DNA of 58,556 nt, taken from IMG/VR virus record IMGVR_UViG_3300042363_000211, positions 1 through 58,556 of that record. One strand, given 5' to 3'. The notes under the pieces were generated by a model. The model searched no databases, was not told where the DNA came from, and saw only the letters and a list, made by a program, of their open reading frames with translations. The position numbers were made by a program, and so were the translations under genes. Origin of the DNA: a virus (Duplodnaviria > Caudoviricetes). Shown in pieces: positions 29,550-38,462 of the stretch; position 1 is the first letter of the stretch; each line of letters opens with the position of its first letter.

Positions 29550-30326
29550 TCACCTCTTCTTTGACCAGGCGGGGCAGTCTTTCTTGAAGGCGCACCAGTC
29601 GCACAGTTTCGTTCTGTTTGTCTTGAAGTCGTTCGTTTCGCATGATGTCTTTAGTTCTTCCCAGGCTTTGGAGACAGTTTCCTTCATCTCGGTACGGGCC
29701 TCTATCGTTGGCTCGTAGGTTACTCGGGTTCCTTTGCCCTTGAGGTAAATGAGTTCAGCGTTAGAGACTTTGATCCCCATCGTAGTCTCAACTAGCTCGG
29801 TGTAGATCATGAGTTGCAGGCGTTTGTCCCTGTCGTACGGAGGCTTGGAGACCTTACCTGTCTTGTAGTCAGAGATGGTTGCGCCGTCTTCACCCATGAT
29901 CCATCTGTCGATGAATCCGAGGATTGGAACTCCCTCAATTAGGCCGAAGACTTCGTTCTCAACACCGTCTGGTTCAATTTCGTTTGGATCTTCCAACTTG
30001 AAGTAGTTCTCTACACAAGTCCACGCGTTCCATCTCATCATGTGCTGTGCGTATGGCCCGAGGTAAAGAACGTTCTCTGCGTGTTGCTGCCACTTGTCGT
30101 GCCATTGTTGAACCATGAGTGCTCTTGCGGCGTTAATGGTTCTGCCACCAGGTTCTATCCCGAATAGGGCTTCTAGAACCTCGTGGGTCATGTTTCCGAC
30201 GGCCTGAGCCTCGGTTTGCTCTTCAGGGAGTTTGTCTATTCGGCTGTACTTGTACTTGAGAGGACATTGCAACCAAGTTGAAACCGAAGAGGGAGACATC
30301 CTCTCCGGCATCTGTACTGCGGTCAC
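29550..30326 (-). CDS. PD-(D/E)XK RecB/Cas4-like exonuclease
   Basis: SPSS...CP, G...H..LE, GFIDR, DYKTGK, QL.IY and C..C.F...CP (Fe-S ligands). Confidence 0.9.
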   Translation of the reverse strand: MTAVQMPERMSPSSVSTWLQCPLKYKYSRIDKLPEEQTEAQAVGNMTHEVLEALFGIEPGGRTINAARALMVQQWHDKWQQHAENVLYLGPYAQHMMRWNAWTCVENYFKLEDPNEIEPDGVENEVFGLIEGVPILGFIDRWIMGEDGATISDYKTGKVSKPPYDRDKRLQLMIYTELVETTMGIKVSNAELIYLKGKGTRVTYEPTIEARTEMKETVSKAWEELKTSCETNDFKTNRTKLCDWCAFKKDCPAWSKKR

Positions 30327-31015
30327 TTATTTACATACTCGCCGTTGAGCTGGATGCGTACGCACTCAGCAATGCAATTCTCAACTTGTGCGTCCGTAGC
30401 AGACGACTGTGTTGGCTTCTTCTCGCCTGGATAGGTCATGCCCCACCATTCAGAGAGAGCGTCTTTCTCACCTTTGTCCATCTTTGAGAGATGACCAGAG
30501 AATGTTTCCCACAGAGCAGGAGTGACCCCACCAGTCTTTGCGGGTTGCTTCTCCTGCACCACAGGCTGCTCGTACGCCTCATCGGCATACATTGCGTCTT
30601 CGGTGCGAGCAAGGTAGAGACCGAGACCGATTTGTTGAAGAGCCTTCTTGAGCGCGTCAGAAACAGCACCCTTGAACTCGTCGCCAAGATCCACGATGTC
30701 GCCAGTCTTCTTGCGCTTGATTTGCTGTCCGCCAACACCATCGTATGTGGCGCTGATGCGTTCGTTGATGTGAGAGTTGTGCAAAGTTACGGTGACTCGC
30801 ACATGGGCAATAACCCAGTCGGAGTCAATTGCGTCTCGACGTACGTCAATCACTTCGCTTGACCAGTTTCCTACTCCGATGACTTTGTTCATCTTGTTGA
30901 TGACTTCAGCAATCGGGAGGTAAGTGAGTGCGCGACCACTCTTGTTTACTGTGCGTTCCATTTCAACTGGGAAAGGATCGGATAGTTGTTGATAAATGTC
31001 AATGCTAGTTGTCAT
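30323..31015 (-). CDS. Rad52/Rad22-family single-strand annealing protein (Sak-like)
   Basis: LTYL...VI..MN.VIG..NWS...DGVG...KGAVSDALKKA...GLGLYL. Confidence 0.85.
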   Translation of the reverse strand: MTTSIDIYQQLSDPFPVEMERTVNKSGRALTYLPIAEVINKMNKVIGVGNWSSEVIDVRRDAIDSDWVIAHVRVTVTLHNSHINERISATYDGVGGQQIKRKKTGDIVDLGDEFKGAVSDALKKALQQIGLGLYLARTEDAMYADEAYEQPVVQEKQPAKTGGVTPALWETFSGHLSKMDKGEKDALSEWWGMTYPGEKKPTQSSATDAQVENCIAECVRIQLNGEYVNK

Positions 31016-31020
31016 GTTTA

Positions 31021-31545
31021 TTATTCCTCTGTGTCTGGGTCTTGGCCGTCGACGATAGTCATTGCCTGTCGTACGACGATTGATGTCTTGGGTTCGCCGA
31101 CCTCGCAGTATTCGTCTGCAATTACGCCGATCTTGGCTAGGTTCTTAACTCGCCAGTAAGAGACCGCCCCGTAGGACAGCATCTCTTTCATCATTTCTTC
31201 AGGAGATTTCATCACTTCTCCTGTGTCCATGTCAACTGCTGAACCAATAATTCTTCGCGCTACTTCATCAGCAATCTCGTCATGCTTCCAAGCTTTGCGT
31301 GGAGCACCTGTGCGTTTCTCAACGATTGCTCCGTTGATTTCAATTTCAGGATCGTCGCCCATCACATCTGCGAGCATTCCGGATACGTGTTCCCACGCAT
31401 CGGCAATCATCTTCTTGATGGTGTGCAGTTCGGAAACTACGGCTGCCATCTCTCTTGGTGTGCTGCGAAGTTGAACAGCTTGTTGTGTCAATTCGTCAAT
31501 GATGGTCTCTACTTTGGAGACCCTTTCTTGTGGATCTATACTCAT
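31021..31545 (-). CDS. Hypothetical protein
   Basis: GAGG RBS; D.DTGE motif; first gene of the recombination run. Confidence 0.65.
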   Translation of the reverse strand: MSIDPQERVSKVETIIDELTQQAVQLRSTPREMAAVVSELHTIKKMIADAWEHVSGMLADVMGDDPEIEINGAIVEKRTGAPRKAWKHDEIADEVARRIIGSAVDMDTGEVMKSPEEMMKEMLSYGAVSYWRVKNLAKIGVIADEYCEVGEPKTSIVVRQAMTIVDGQDPDTEE

Positions 31546-31579
31546 CGGTTCCTCGTTTGTCTAGGGGTAAGGATTATCT

Positions 31580-32890
31580 CTAAGCAATGATGATAGCCCG
31601 ACTTCGCTGCGGAAGTCCAAGCCCAGCGAGAAATGAATATGCCCCTACACAGGAGTCCACTTGGTCGTCATGGACGGTTGCTTCTGGGAAGGAAGACATC
31701 TCGTCAAGCCAAGCCGTCAGCCAAGAAGCCCTAACCACACGAACATTTCCGTTTGCCACCGCAGCCCCAAATGGGCGCGCTCTAGTGACCTTGTCACCCG
31801 TAGCCCTGATCCCTGAGAAGTCATAGCCGGCAAGGACATAACGGGCATATTGGTCAATAAGGTTCTTACCTGCCGAGCCAGGTTCCTGCTCCATCCTGAT
31901 TGACACCGAAGGGCCGTCTTCCCTCGCCGTCCTACCAATGAGTTCCTCCACCTTGTCGCCCTTAACCCTTGCCCGTTGAACATCAAGCACCCATGCGATG
32001 CCTTTGTCAAACATGACGAGCGTCCCAACTGTCCAGTCAGGATTGGGGTTCGAGTGGGTGGGTTCGGTTCCTGCAAGGTCCCAATACCTAACGACCCGAG
32101 CCGAACTAGTAGAAATCTCGGGTATCTCAAATGGGTCAACCAAGACAAAGTCGTCTCTTTGGAACAAGGTTCCGAGGGTTGTTGTCCACCAGTCGCCCTC
32201 TTCAAGCCTTCTGCGTTCAATCGGGTCAAGTTCCTGAAGAGCCCTACGGTACGAATCGGGGTCAATACCTGGGTTGTCGGTCAACTTGGAAGGTACGAAC
32301 ACACGTCCGTATTCGTTCCCCTCAACCAAGAACCTCTGCCTCACCCAGTTAGGGGCAGGGTTGGAAGCACATCTCATCCTCAGGGGGACTTGAGACAATG
32401 GCCCCGAGGAAGGACGGCGCAGACGAGAGAACAAATACCTGTAGTCGGACTCACGGATTTCGGTTACTTCGTCCATCCCGATGAACTGGAGCTCAACACC
32501 CTTGTATCGCAGATAGTCGTCTTTGTTGTTTAGGTAGCCGAATCCAATTCGTGCGCCAGACGGGAAAGTCGCTGTGTAAGTGTTTGCGTTCCATCTGATC
32601 TCATCGTGTGGAGCAATCCATTCCCTGAAGCGATCCATAAGTGCTCCAGGAAGAGTGAGGTCTTGCAGGGTACGACGAAAGAGAAGAGCAGAATAACCAG
32701 GAATATCTACATATTGAAGAGCAGCCATCAAGATGGCCGATGACTTACCTCCACCAGCAGCACCACCGAATAATGCTTCCATAGCGTTCGACCTAAGGAA
32801 CACCTTCTGCTGCATTGATGCCCTCTCGGGACAATACGGAGACTCCTTCGGTGTTAGAAACTCAAGAACTTTCTCCCAGTCTGTACTCAT
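31580..32890 (-). CDS. terL: Terminase large subunit
   Basis: GGAAGGGKS Walker A, IGMDE Walker B, ASNP, WDLA nuclease motif, EQEPG and HDDQVD. Confidence 0.95.
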   Translation of the reverse strand: MSTDWEKVLEFLTPKESPYCPERASMQQKVFLRSNAMEALFGGAAGGGKSSAILMAALQYVDIPGYSALLFRRTLQDLTLPGALMDRFREWIAPHDEIRWNANTYTATFPSGARIGFGYLNNKDDYLRYKGVELQFIGMDEVTEIRESDYRYLFSRLRRPSSGPLSQVPLRMRCASNPAPNWVRQRFLVEGNEYGRVFVPSKLTDNPGIDPDSYRRALQELDPIERRRLEEGDWWTTTLGTLFQRDDFVLVDPFEIPEISTSSARVVRYWDLAGTEPTHSNPNPDWTVGTLVMFDKGIAWVLDVQRARVKGDKVEELIGRTAREDGPSVSIRMEQEPGSAGKNLIDQYARYVLAGYDFSGIRATGDKVTRARPFGAAVANGNVRVVRASWLTAWLDEMSSFPEATVHDDQVDSCVGAYSFLAGLGLPQRSRAIIIA

Positions 32891-32933
32891 ACCACTCCAT
32901 CTACTAGGATTTCAACCACCGCAGCCCAATGAA

Positions 32934-32947
32934 TGTAAGGTGGTAGA
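32934..32947 (+). promoter_or_regulatory. Putative -10 element for a leaderless portal operon transcript
   Basis: TAAGGT (32936-32941), 6 nt before GTG 32948. Confidence 0.45.
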
Positions 32948-33139
32948 GTGAGATTACCGCGCCGTGTCCCCCAGAAGATCAAAGACGGAATAGGAGGTAG
33001 AGCTTTCTTTGCATACCTATCCCTGATTGTCTTCGTGTTTGCCACGCCTATTGGAGTATTCATGATCAACCCATCCTACGGTTTCATCTCGCTTGGCGGT
33101 GCCTCTCTTGTTAGCGCATGGATTCTAGGGGCTGAATAA
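32948..33139 (+). CDS. Small two-TM membrane protein preceding the portal
   Basis: Two hydrophobic helices; TAATG coupling to the portal start. Confidence 0.6.
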   Translation: MRLPRRVPQKIKDGIGGRAFFAYLSLIVFVFATPIGVFMINPSYGFISLGGASLVSAWILGAE

Positions 33140-35328
33140 TGGCTTGGAATACGACCAGCAACAAGTCTGTTTCTAACGCCGGGGAGAAAGCCCTCCCTAT
33201 GGGCGCACCCATTTCTACAAACCCATCTTTCACTCAGAGGGGTTACCACGACTCGTGGGATATTGAACGGGTCTACCGAGACGGTGTACGTAAAGTTACT
33301 TGGGTCTACCGTTGTATTGATGCAATCTCTGGAAACCAAGCCCGTCTGCCAATGCTTGGGCACAAAGACAACAAGCCCGATGGTGAAATTGTCAAGGACG
33401 CCAAGGTTCTAGATCTCCTAAACCGTAGAAGTAACGTCGGCGAAGACTCCTTTGCTTTCCGTTACAGACTCTCGGCCCAATTACTCACATCAAGCCGAGG
33501 AGCGTTCGTTGAAGTCTTGCGTGGACGTGGTGGCGATCCAATCGCACTCAACCTTCTCCCACCCCAATACACATCTCCGATTCCTGATCCCAAGAAGTTC
33601 GTATCTGCCTACGAGGTAAGACTGCCGAACATGGGTATTCAGTACATCAAGCCTGAAGACGTACTGTGGTTCAAGCATCCTCACCCTCTTGACCCATACC
33701 TGTCAATGACCCCAATGGAATCAGCAGGCGTAGCCATTGAGCTTGAGACTCTCGCAAAGTTCTACAACAGAAACTTCCTCGTCAACGACGGACGCCCAGG
33801 TGGCCTTCTCGTAGTTAGAGGCGACATGGACGAAGACGACAAAGATGAACTCAGGTCTCGCTTTCGTGGAAACATCGGTAAGACCGGATCAACAACCGTC
33901 ATCGCATCCGCTGAGGGAGTTGACTATGTTGACACAGGTGCTTCACCCAGAGACGCTGCATACATTGAGATGCGCCAAATCTCCAAAGAAGAAATCCTTT
34001 CCGCTTTCGGCGTTCCCGAGTCAATCATCGGTAACGCATCAGGCAGGACATTCTCTAACGCCGTAGAAGAAACAAGAGTCTTCTGGCTTGAGACAATGCC
34101 TCAGCATCTTGAAATGCTTGCGCGTGGACTTGACCCATTGCATCCCGATCTTTATTTCGACTTTGACATCAAAGATGTGCCAGTTCTTCAGATTTCCAAG
34201 CAAGAGAAAGAAAGATTCCTCATGCAGGAGTTCGCTAGTGGTCTTATCACCGCCAACGAATACCGAACAGGAACTGGTCGCAAATTGGTTGACTCAGAAC
34301 TTGCCGATGCAATGTTGGCAAGCCCGAACCTTGCACCAATCGGTAACACCGAGAAGAAGATGGAAGCACCTCCTCAGCCAGGAATGATGGGGCCACCGCC
34401 AGCTGGCGAGCCTGCACCAGAACTTGGACAAGAAGCAGCCATGGGTGAACAAGCAGGAGAGGCTCCTCTTGAAGAAGGAGTCACTACACCTGATCAAGGC
34501 GTAGCTGCTGACACAATGCTTTCAGCATCAACATCGATCGGTAAATGGGGGACCAAACAAGCACCCGAGAACAACGCAGAAGACGGTTGGGATACCAAGG
34601 AACTTGATGATGCCGATAGGTGGGCCGAGATTCTTGACTCAAACCTAGAGAGGTTCTTTGATCGTCAACAGCGAGTCGTGATGGAGAAGTCTGACGGAGC
34701 GAAAGCGAAGAAATCCCTCATTGCGGGAACACTCACAGCAGCAATGATCTTTGATCTAGATGTCTGGAACAAACAAATGCGCGACGACATCAGACCACTA
34801 GTTAAGGCAGTTGTTGAAGACGCAATGCGCACAGCCAACGAACGTACTGGTATGCCGATGGATACTTCAGAAGAAGAAGTTGAGCAGTACATCAACGAAC
34901 AGATGTCCCGGATTGAGAAGTCAAACAATACGACCAGCGACGAAATTGGCGCAGCAATTGTTGTAGCGATGGCTATGGCTCAGGAAGATAAAGAGGAAGG
35001 CGCACCAGCCCTCAAGTCCGCTTTGGTTGCTACTTTCGTTCATCTCCTCGCCAAGAGGAAGAGGCTTATCGCCGAGCATGAATCACAGACTGCCTACAAC
35101 GCAGGAATGTGGTTTGCGGGCAAACAAGCAGGTGCAATAAATAAGACTTGGGTGACTCGTAAGGACACGAGCGTAAGAGCGACCCATAGAGAACTGCAAG
35201 GTAAGAGCATCCCTCTTGCTGACGGATTCACGGTAGGGAACGAATCATTGCGATTCCCTGGTGACCCACTAGCACCAGCAGGTTTGACAATTAACTGTCG
35301 ATGCAGACTTAGGTTTAGCGTCTCTTAA
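33139..35328 (+). CDS. Portal protein (HK97-like) fused to a MuF/gp7-like head morphogenesis domain
   Basis: WVYRCIDAIS, NDGRPGGLL, ILSAFGVP and LITANEYR portal motifs; C-terminal KTW.T..D..VR.TH...FPGDP...NCRC. Confidence 0.9.
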   Translation: MAWNTTSNKSVSNAGEKALPMGAPISTNPSFTQRGYHDSWDIERVYRDGVRKVTWVYRCIDAISGNQARLPMLGHKDNKPDGEIVKDAKVLDLLNRRSNVGEDSFAFRYRLSAQLLTSSRGAFVEVLRGRGGDPIALNLLPPQYTSPIPDPKKFVSAYEVRLPNMGIQYIKPEDVLWFKHPHPLDPYLSMTPMESAGVAIELETLAKFYNRNFLVNDGRPGGLLVVRGDMDEDDKDELRSRFRGNIGKTGSTTVIASAEGVDYVDTGASPRDAAYIEMRQISKEEILSAFGVPESIIGNASGRTFSNAVEETRVFWLETMPQHLEMLARGLDPLHPDLYFDFDIKDVPVLQISKQEKERFLMQEFASGLITANEYRTGTGRKLVDSELADAMLASPNLAPIGNTEKKMEAPPQPGMMGPPPAGEPAPELGQEAAMGEQAGEAPLEEGVTTPDQGVAADTMLSASTSIGKWGTKQAPENNAEDGWDTKELDDADRWAEILDSNLERFFDRQQRVVMEKSDGAKAKKSLIAGTLTAAMIFDLDVWNKQMRDDIRPLVKAVVEDAMRTANERTGMPMDTSEEEVEQYINEQMSRIEKSNNTTSDEIGAAIVVAMAMAQEDKEEGAPALKSALVATFVHLLAKRKRLIAEHESQTAYNAGMWFAGKQAGAINKTWVTRKDTSVRATHRELQGKSIPLADGFTVGNESLRFPGDPLAPAGLTINCRCRLRFSVS

Positions 35329-35519
35329 TAAGAGACATTGACCCTTAATGTTGCGGCTTCAGCACGGAGTTCGTCAATCACTAAGTAAAGTCTTTCGTTC
35401 TCCGCAATAAGAGCTGGCAGATCACGGACAATCAAAGTCTCGCGATAAATCCATCTGTGCGAATAATCGCTGTCCATCATGTTGCGAAGATTCTCCTTCG
35501 CCCTTTCGGATGCTTTCAC
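35325..35519 (-). CDS. Hypothetical protein
   Basis: Coupled to the methyltransferase C-terminal ORF (GTGA overlap). Confidence 0.45.
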   Translation of the reverse strand: MKASERAKENLRNMMDSDYSHRWIYRETLIVRDLPALIAENERLYLVIDELRAEAATLRVNVSY

Positions 35520-36229
35520 CAGCTTTGTTCCTCTGTTGCGTTCTTAGCCTGCACATAACGCAACCCGAACCATTCAGCAACATTAGCTACAACACCATTT
35601 CCACACATGCGGTAACGATGTGTATCGGCCATCTTGACTTCTGTTCCGTCTTCTTGGATGCCTGCTGAAGTCCAACCTTCGTCCCAGCCCATAAGAAGTT
35701 CACACTCCAACGGGGTAAGGCGCCTCACTACGAGGTTTGTTTCTTGTCCTGTCATTTCTTGTCCTCCTGAGAACACTTGTAGATGATTACTGTCTACGGA
35801 TTGATTATTTATTTGCATCTTTGCACCCATGTCGGTGGTTAAGGTTCCTACTGGGCCTTGGCTTAGCAATGTTGGCTCTTCGTATCCGACTATGTGCATA
35901 TCGTGTCCGTGCATCGCATTGAGAGTAAACGAAACCGAGCCATCATTCAAGACCGTATTGCTCTTTGATCCTTGAAAGTTCAGCATGGCGAAAGGCTCTG
36001 GAGAAACGATTGCATGAGAGGACTTTGATGCTCCAGCGCGCAACGAGTTCTTCACGCCGCTTTCAGCCCAGTTCTCTTCCCTCATAGACATTGGTTCAAA
36101 CAGATGCACGTCTTGATAGGCAATGAAGTCCGAACTGTCTCGCCCGATCCTGAGAGTCCTGTGAACTCCACTGTCATCAATCTTCTGGTTGTACCCGTCG
36201 TACTCCCACACGGTTGGTTCGTCAGTCAT
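35516..36229 (-). CDS. C5 DNA methyltransferase C-terminal part (TRD-like repeats plus motifs IX and X)
   Basis: RRLTPLECELLMGW (IX) and RYRMCGNGV (X); start set to ATG 36229 with an AAGGA RBS. Confidence 0.85.
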   Translation of the reverse strand: MTDEPTVWEYDGYNQKIDDSGVHRTLRIGRDSSDFIAYQDVHLFEPMSMREENWAESGVKNSLRAGASKSSHAIVSPEPFAMLNFQGSKSNTVLNDGSVSFTLNAMHGHDMHIVGYEEPTLLSQGPVGTLTTDMGAKMQINNQSVDSNHLQVFSGGQEMTGQETNLVVRRLTPLECELLMGWDEGWTSAGIQEDGTEVKMADTHRYRMCGNGVVANVAEWFGLRYVQAKNATEEQSW

Positions 36230-36404
36230 TATGGGATCCTTGAATCTCTGTCTGGACGATGAATATCTGAGCGTGATGAGACTGCGGTGACGGCTGAAGC
36301 GCATTGACACACAGCCCTATTTCTGTCTCGGTCGCCGAGAAAGTGTTTGCCTTGGCATCCTCACGGATTGAGTAGGCAACTGGATTATCGGGTCTCTTTG
36401 TCAT
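36222..36404 (-). CDS. Stand-alone TRD-like module of the C5 methyltransferase
   Basis: AYSIREDAKANTFS...NALQPSPQSHHAQIFIVQ resembles the variable-region units of the flanking ORFs. Confidence 0.55.
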   Translation of the reverse strand: MTKRPDNPVAYSIREDAKANTFSATETEIGLCVNALQPSPQSHHAQIFIVQTEIQGSHND

Positions 36405-36663
36405 CTTTGTTCACTATGTCGTGTGCAATCAATGGGACGTTGTTTCCACCAGTTCCCATTCGTGCGAGCAGTGCTGGGAACACATCGGGATACACACGGA
36501 AGTCGTCAGTTCTTTGACCCTCGAAACATACGACATATCCAACGGCATGGGATCCGGTTGTGTCCAATGTGTACATCGGATCACCAACTTCACCAACATT
36601 GAAACCGTTCGCTTTAGTGTTGGCTGTCCTGAGAGGAACTACTGATTCTGCGTGGTCACTCAT
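36385..36663 (-). CDS. Stand-alone TRD-like modules of the C5 methyltransferase
   Basis: GDPMYTLDTTGSHAV and FPALLARMGTGGNNVPL units; ATGA overlap with the upstream stop. Confidence 0.65.
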   Translation of the reverse strand: MSDHAESVVPLRTANTKANGFNVGEVGDPMYTLDTTGSHAVGYVVCFEGQRTDDFRVYPDVFPALLARMGTGGNNVPLIAHDIVNKDDKETR

Positions 36664-37958
36664 TCTTGATCCTGCACTACAAAGTTGGTGTTGTGCATCC
36701 CGTTCTCAGCGTTCAACGACCCTGCGTATCCAGGCATAATCCTGACTTCATCACGTTGGTTCTGTTGGAACAGTACTGGAGTCTCATTGGTGTCGTACAT
36801 GATTGCGTGCCCGCCACCCTCAGCGCGAAGCGTTGGGAAAGCCGATGTAGAAGCCTGGTGATCAAGTCCTTGTGTGTGTGAGAAACCGATTGCCTTGAAA
36901 GCTTCTTCCTGCACTACGAGGTTCTCACCCCTGCTTGAAGGAACACCACCATCGCCACCACTCCTAAGACAAGCGGCAACTTCTGGCTTAACAATCAAGG
37001 TTTCTGACCCCCCACCAAGATCCCCACCATTAGCACGGAGGGTTCCAATACCTTCGCCATACTGTGCGAACTGTGTCTGAGTAAACGGAATTGATCCGTC
37101 GTGAACTGCAAGAACAGTCGCACGTGAGTCACCACCATTATCAAAGGCATTCAGGGTCGGGCTAACAATCTGCTCTTTCCAAGAGTCGTCATCCGTGTTA
37201 GAACTTGCCCTCTTGGACTTCACCCAACTTCGGGTGTCTCCGTCGGTTCGTCCGGCTCGGTCGCTGCCAGCGTCGTCAGAGCGGTCCTTAGAGGCTCCGG
37301 AAGCTCGCGTCCCCGTCTCTCGGCTCGTCTGATGATTCCCTTGGCCGCTCTGGCGCTCAAGCAGTAACGGCGCAAGCCCTCGTGCCACGGTTCCAGAACA
37401 TCCGACAACGTAGATACGACGGCGTCGTTGGGGAACTCCGAAACGCTGGGCATCGGCAATACGCCAGATGGCTGTCCGCTTTGGTCCCACCAGGACGCCG
37501 GACTTGGCCCACTTCTGCTTAGGGGGCAACTCAACGAGTGCTCCTGTGATTCCCCACAGCACGGCAGCAAAGTCGGCTCCGTTGTTACTAGATAAGGCGC
37601 CGGGGACGTTCTCCCAGAAGATATCCGCCCCGATTTCGTCAGCGATACGACATTGTTCCCAGAAGAGTCCAGATCTTGACCCATCAAGTCCCTTACGACG
37701 TCCGGCAACGGAGAGGTCTTGGCAGGGGCTTCCTCCTGCCACAATGTCTGGGCGGTGAATGTTGTCTGTGATGAGTCGCTCACGAGTTACCTCTCTTACG
37801 TCGTTGTATATGTATGTGTCTGGCCAATGTTTCCTAAGCACCATTCGTGCCTTGGGGTCAATTTCGCAAAGTGCGACAACATCCATCCCAGCGCGTTGAA
37901 GGCCGAGATCAAGACCGCCAGCCCCACTGAACAGAGACAGAACCTTGATTCTTGTCAC
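36660..37958 (-). CDS. C5 DNA methyltransferase N-terminal part (motifs I-VIII plus TRD-like repeats)
   Basis: LFSGAGG (I), GGSPCQDLS (IV), ENVPG (VI) and PQRRRR (VIII); lacks motifs IX and X; AAGGAG RBS. Confidence 0.92.
   Translation of the reverse strand: MTRIKVLSLFSGAGGLDLGLQRAGMDVVALCEIDPKARMVLRKHWPDTYIYNDVREVTRERLITDNIHRPDIVAGGSPCQDLSVAGRRKGLDGSRSGLFWEQCRIADEIGADIFWENVPGALSSNNGADFAAVLWGITGALVELPPKQKWAKSGVLVGPKRTAIWRIADAQRFGVPQRRRRIYVVGCSGTVARGLAPLLLERQSGQGNHQTSRETGTRASGASKDRSDDAGSDRAGRTDGDTRSWVKSKRASSNTDDDSWKEQIVSPTLNAFDNGGDSRATVLAVHDGSIPFTQTQFAQYGEGIGTLRANGGDLGGGSETLIVKPEVAACLRSGGDGGVPSSRGENLVVQEEAFKAIGFSHTQGLDHQASTSAFPTLRAEGGGHAIMYDTNETPVLFQQNQRDEVRIMPGYAGSLNAENGMHNTNFVVQDQE
37220..37783 (-). 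CDS. Overprinted (+1 frame) ORF inside the methyltransferase gene; candidate accessory subunit
   Basis: 187 codons with a GAGG RBS 6 nt before GTG; STLSDVLE...RYCLSARAAKGIIRRAERRGRELP..L..AL is a motif I associate with C5-MTase loci. Confidence 0.6.
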   Translation of the reverse strand: MSDSSQTTFTAQTLWQEEAPAKTSPLPDVVRDLMGQDLDSSGNNVVSLTKSGRISSGRTSPAPYLVTTEPTLLPCCGESQEHSLSCPLSRSGPSPASWWDQSGQPSGVLPMPSVSEFPNDAVVSTLSDVLEPWHEGLRRYCLSARAAKGIIRRAERRGRELPEPLRTALTTLAATEPDEPTETPEVG

Positions 37959-38091
37959 GATTACTCCTTAGTTACATAAGCCCGATACGGACAAGACAAA
38001 TACTAGCAGTCAGGGTACCCGTAGAAAGGCCCTCTGTCTAGTAGATATTCGCGTATTCCTAGCACACTCCGATTTCCTCTAGTGGTCGCCA

Positions 38092-38433
38092 ATGGAGTAT
38101 CTTCGACGTATGGTCGCGCGGAACGAAACACAAGGTGAAGAGATATTCCCTGGGGTAACACTCTTCTCTGCGGGTCGTGAACCTTGCATTATTTGCGGTC
38201 ATCCAACAGGCGATTGTGCGTCACATTTCAATGATGAACGAGCCCTTACTGCTCCTAGGATTCAGTTCGGCGAAATAGTAAAGAAGGACAAAGAGGACAA
38301 CCCTGAGATACGGGTTGAGCATGACATCTTCAAAGAAGTTCAACTTACATCTATGACAAAGACCAGAGTTCTAGTCGCTAGAGCTGGAACATTTATCACT
38401 AAGTCGAAAGCCCAGGAACTGGGTCTCATCTAA
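38092..38433 (+). CDS. Hypothetical protein with CxxC-H-C motif
   Basis: PCIICGHPTGDC; lies upstream of the RNR gene. Confidence 0.65.
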   Translation: MEYLRRMVARNETQGEEIFPGVTLFSAGREPCIICGHPTGDCASHFNDERALTAPRIQFGEIVKKDKEDNPEIRVEHDIFKEVQLTSMTKTRVLVARAGTFITKSKAQELGLI

Positions 38434-38462
38434 CAAACAACAACTACAGAAAGAACCACAAG

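Noticed and set aside
29550-30326. Cas4-like nuclease as evidence of a CRISPR system
   Set aside because: No repeat-spacer array or other cas genes were seen. It pairs with the Rad52-like annealase as a recombination module.
31717-32265. 182-aa alternative-frame ORF inside terL
   Set aside because: No motif or RBS; typical shadow ORF.
35516-37958. Treating the split methyltransferase as a pseudogene
   Set aside because: The catalytic motifs are intact, the breaks fall between TRD units, and each piece has a coupled ATG. It is not fully excluded without read data.
32899-38046. CTAGTAGAT upstream of both terL (minus) and ORF 38092 (plus)
   Set aside because: Only two copies of a 9-mer, which is not enough to call a regulatory motif.
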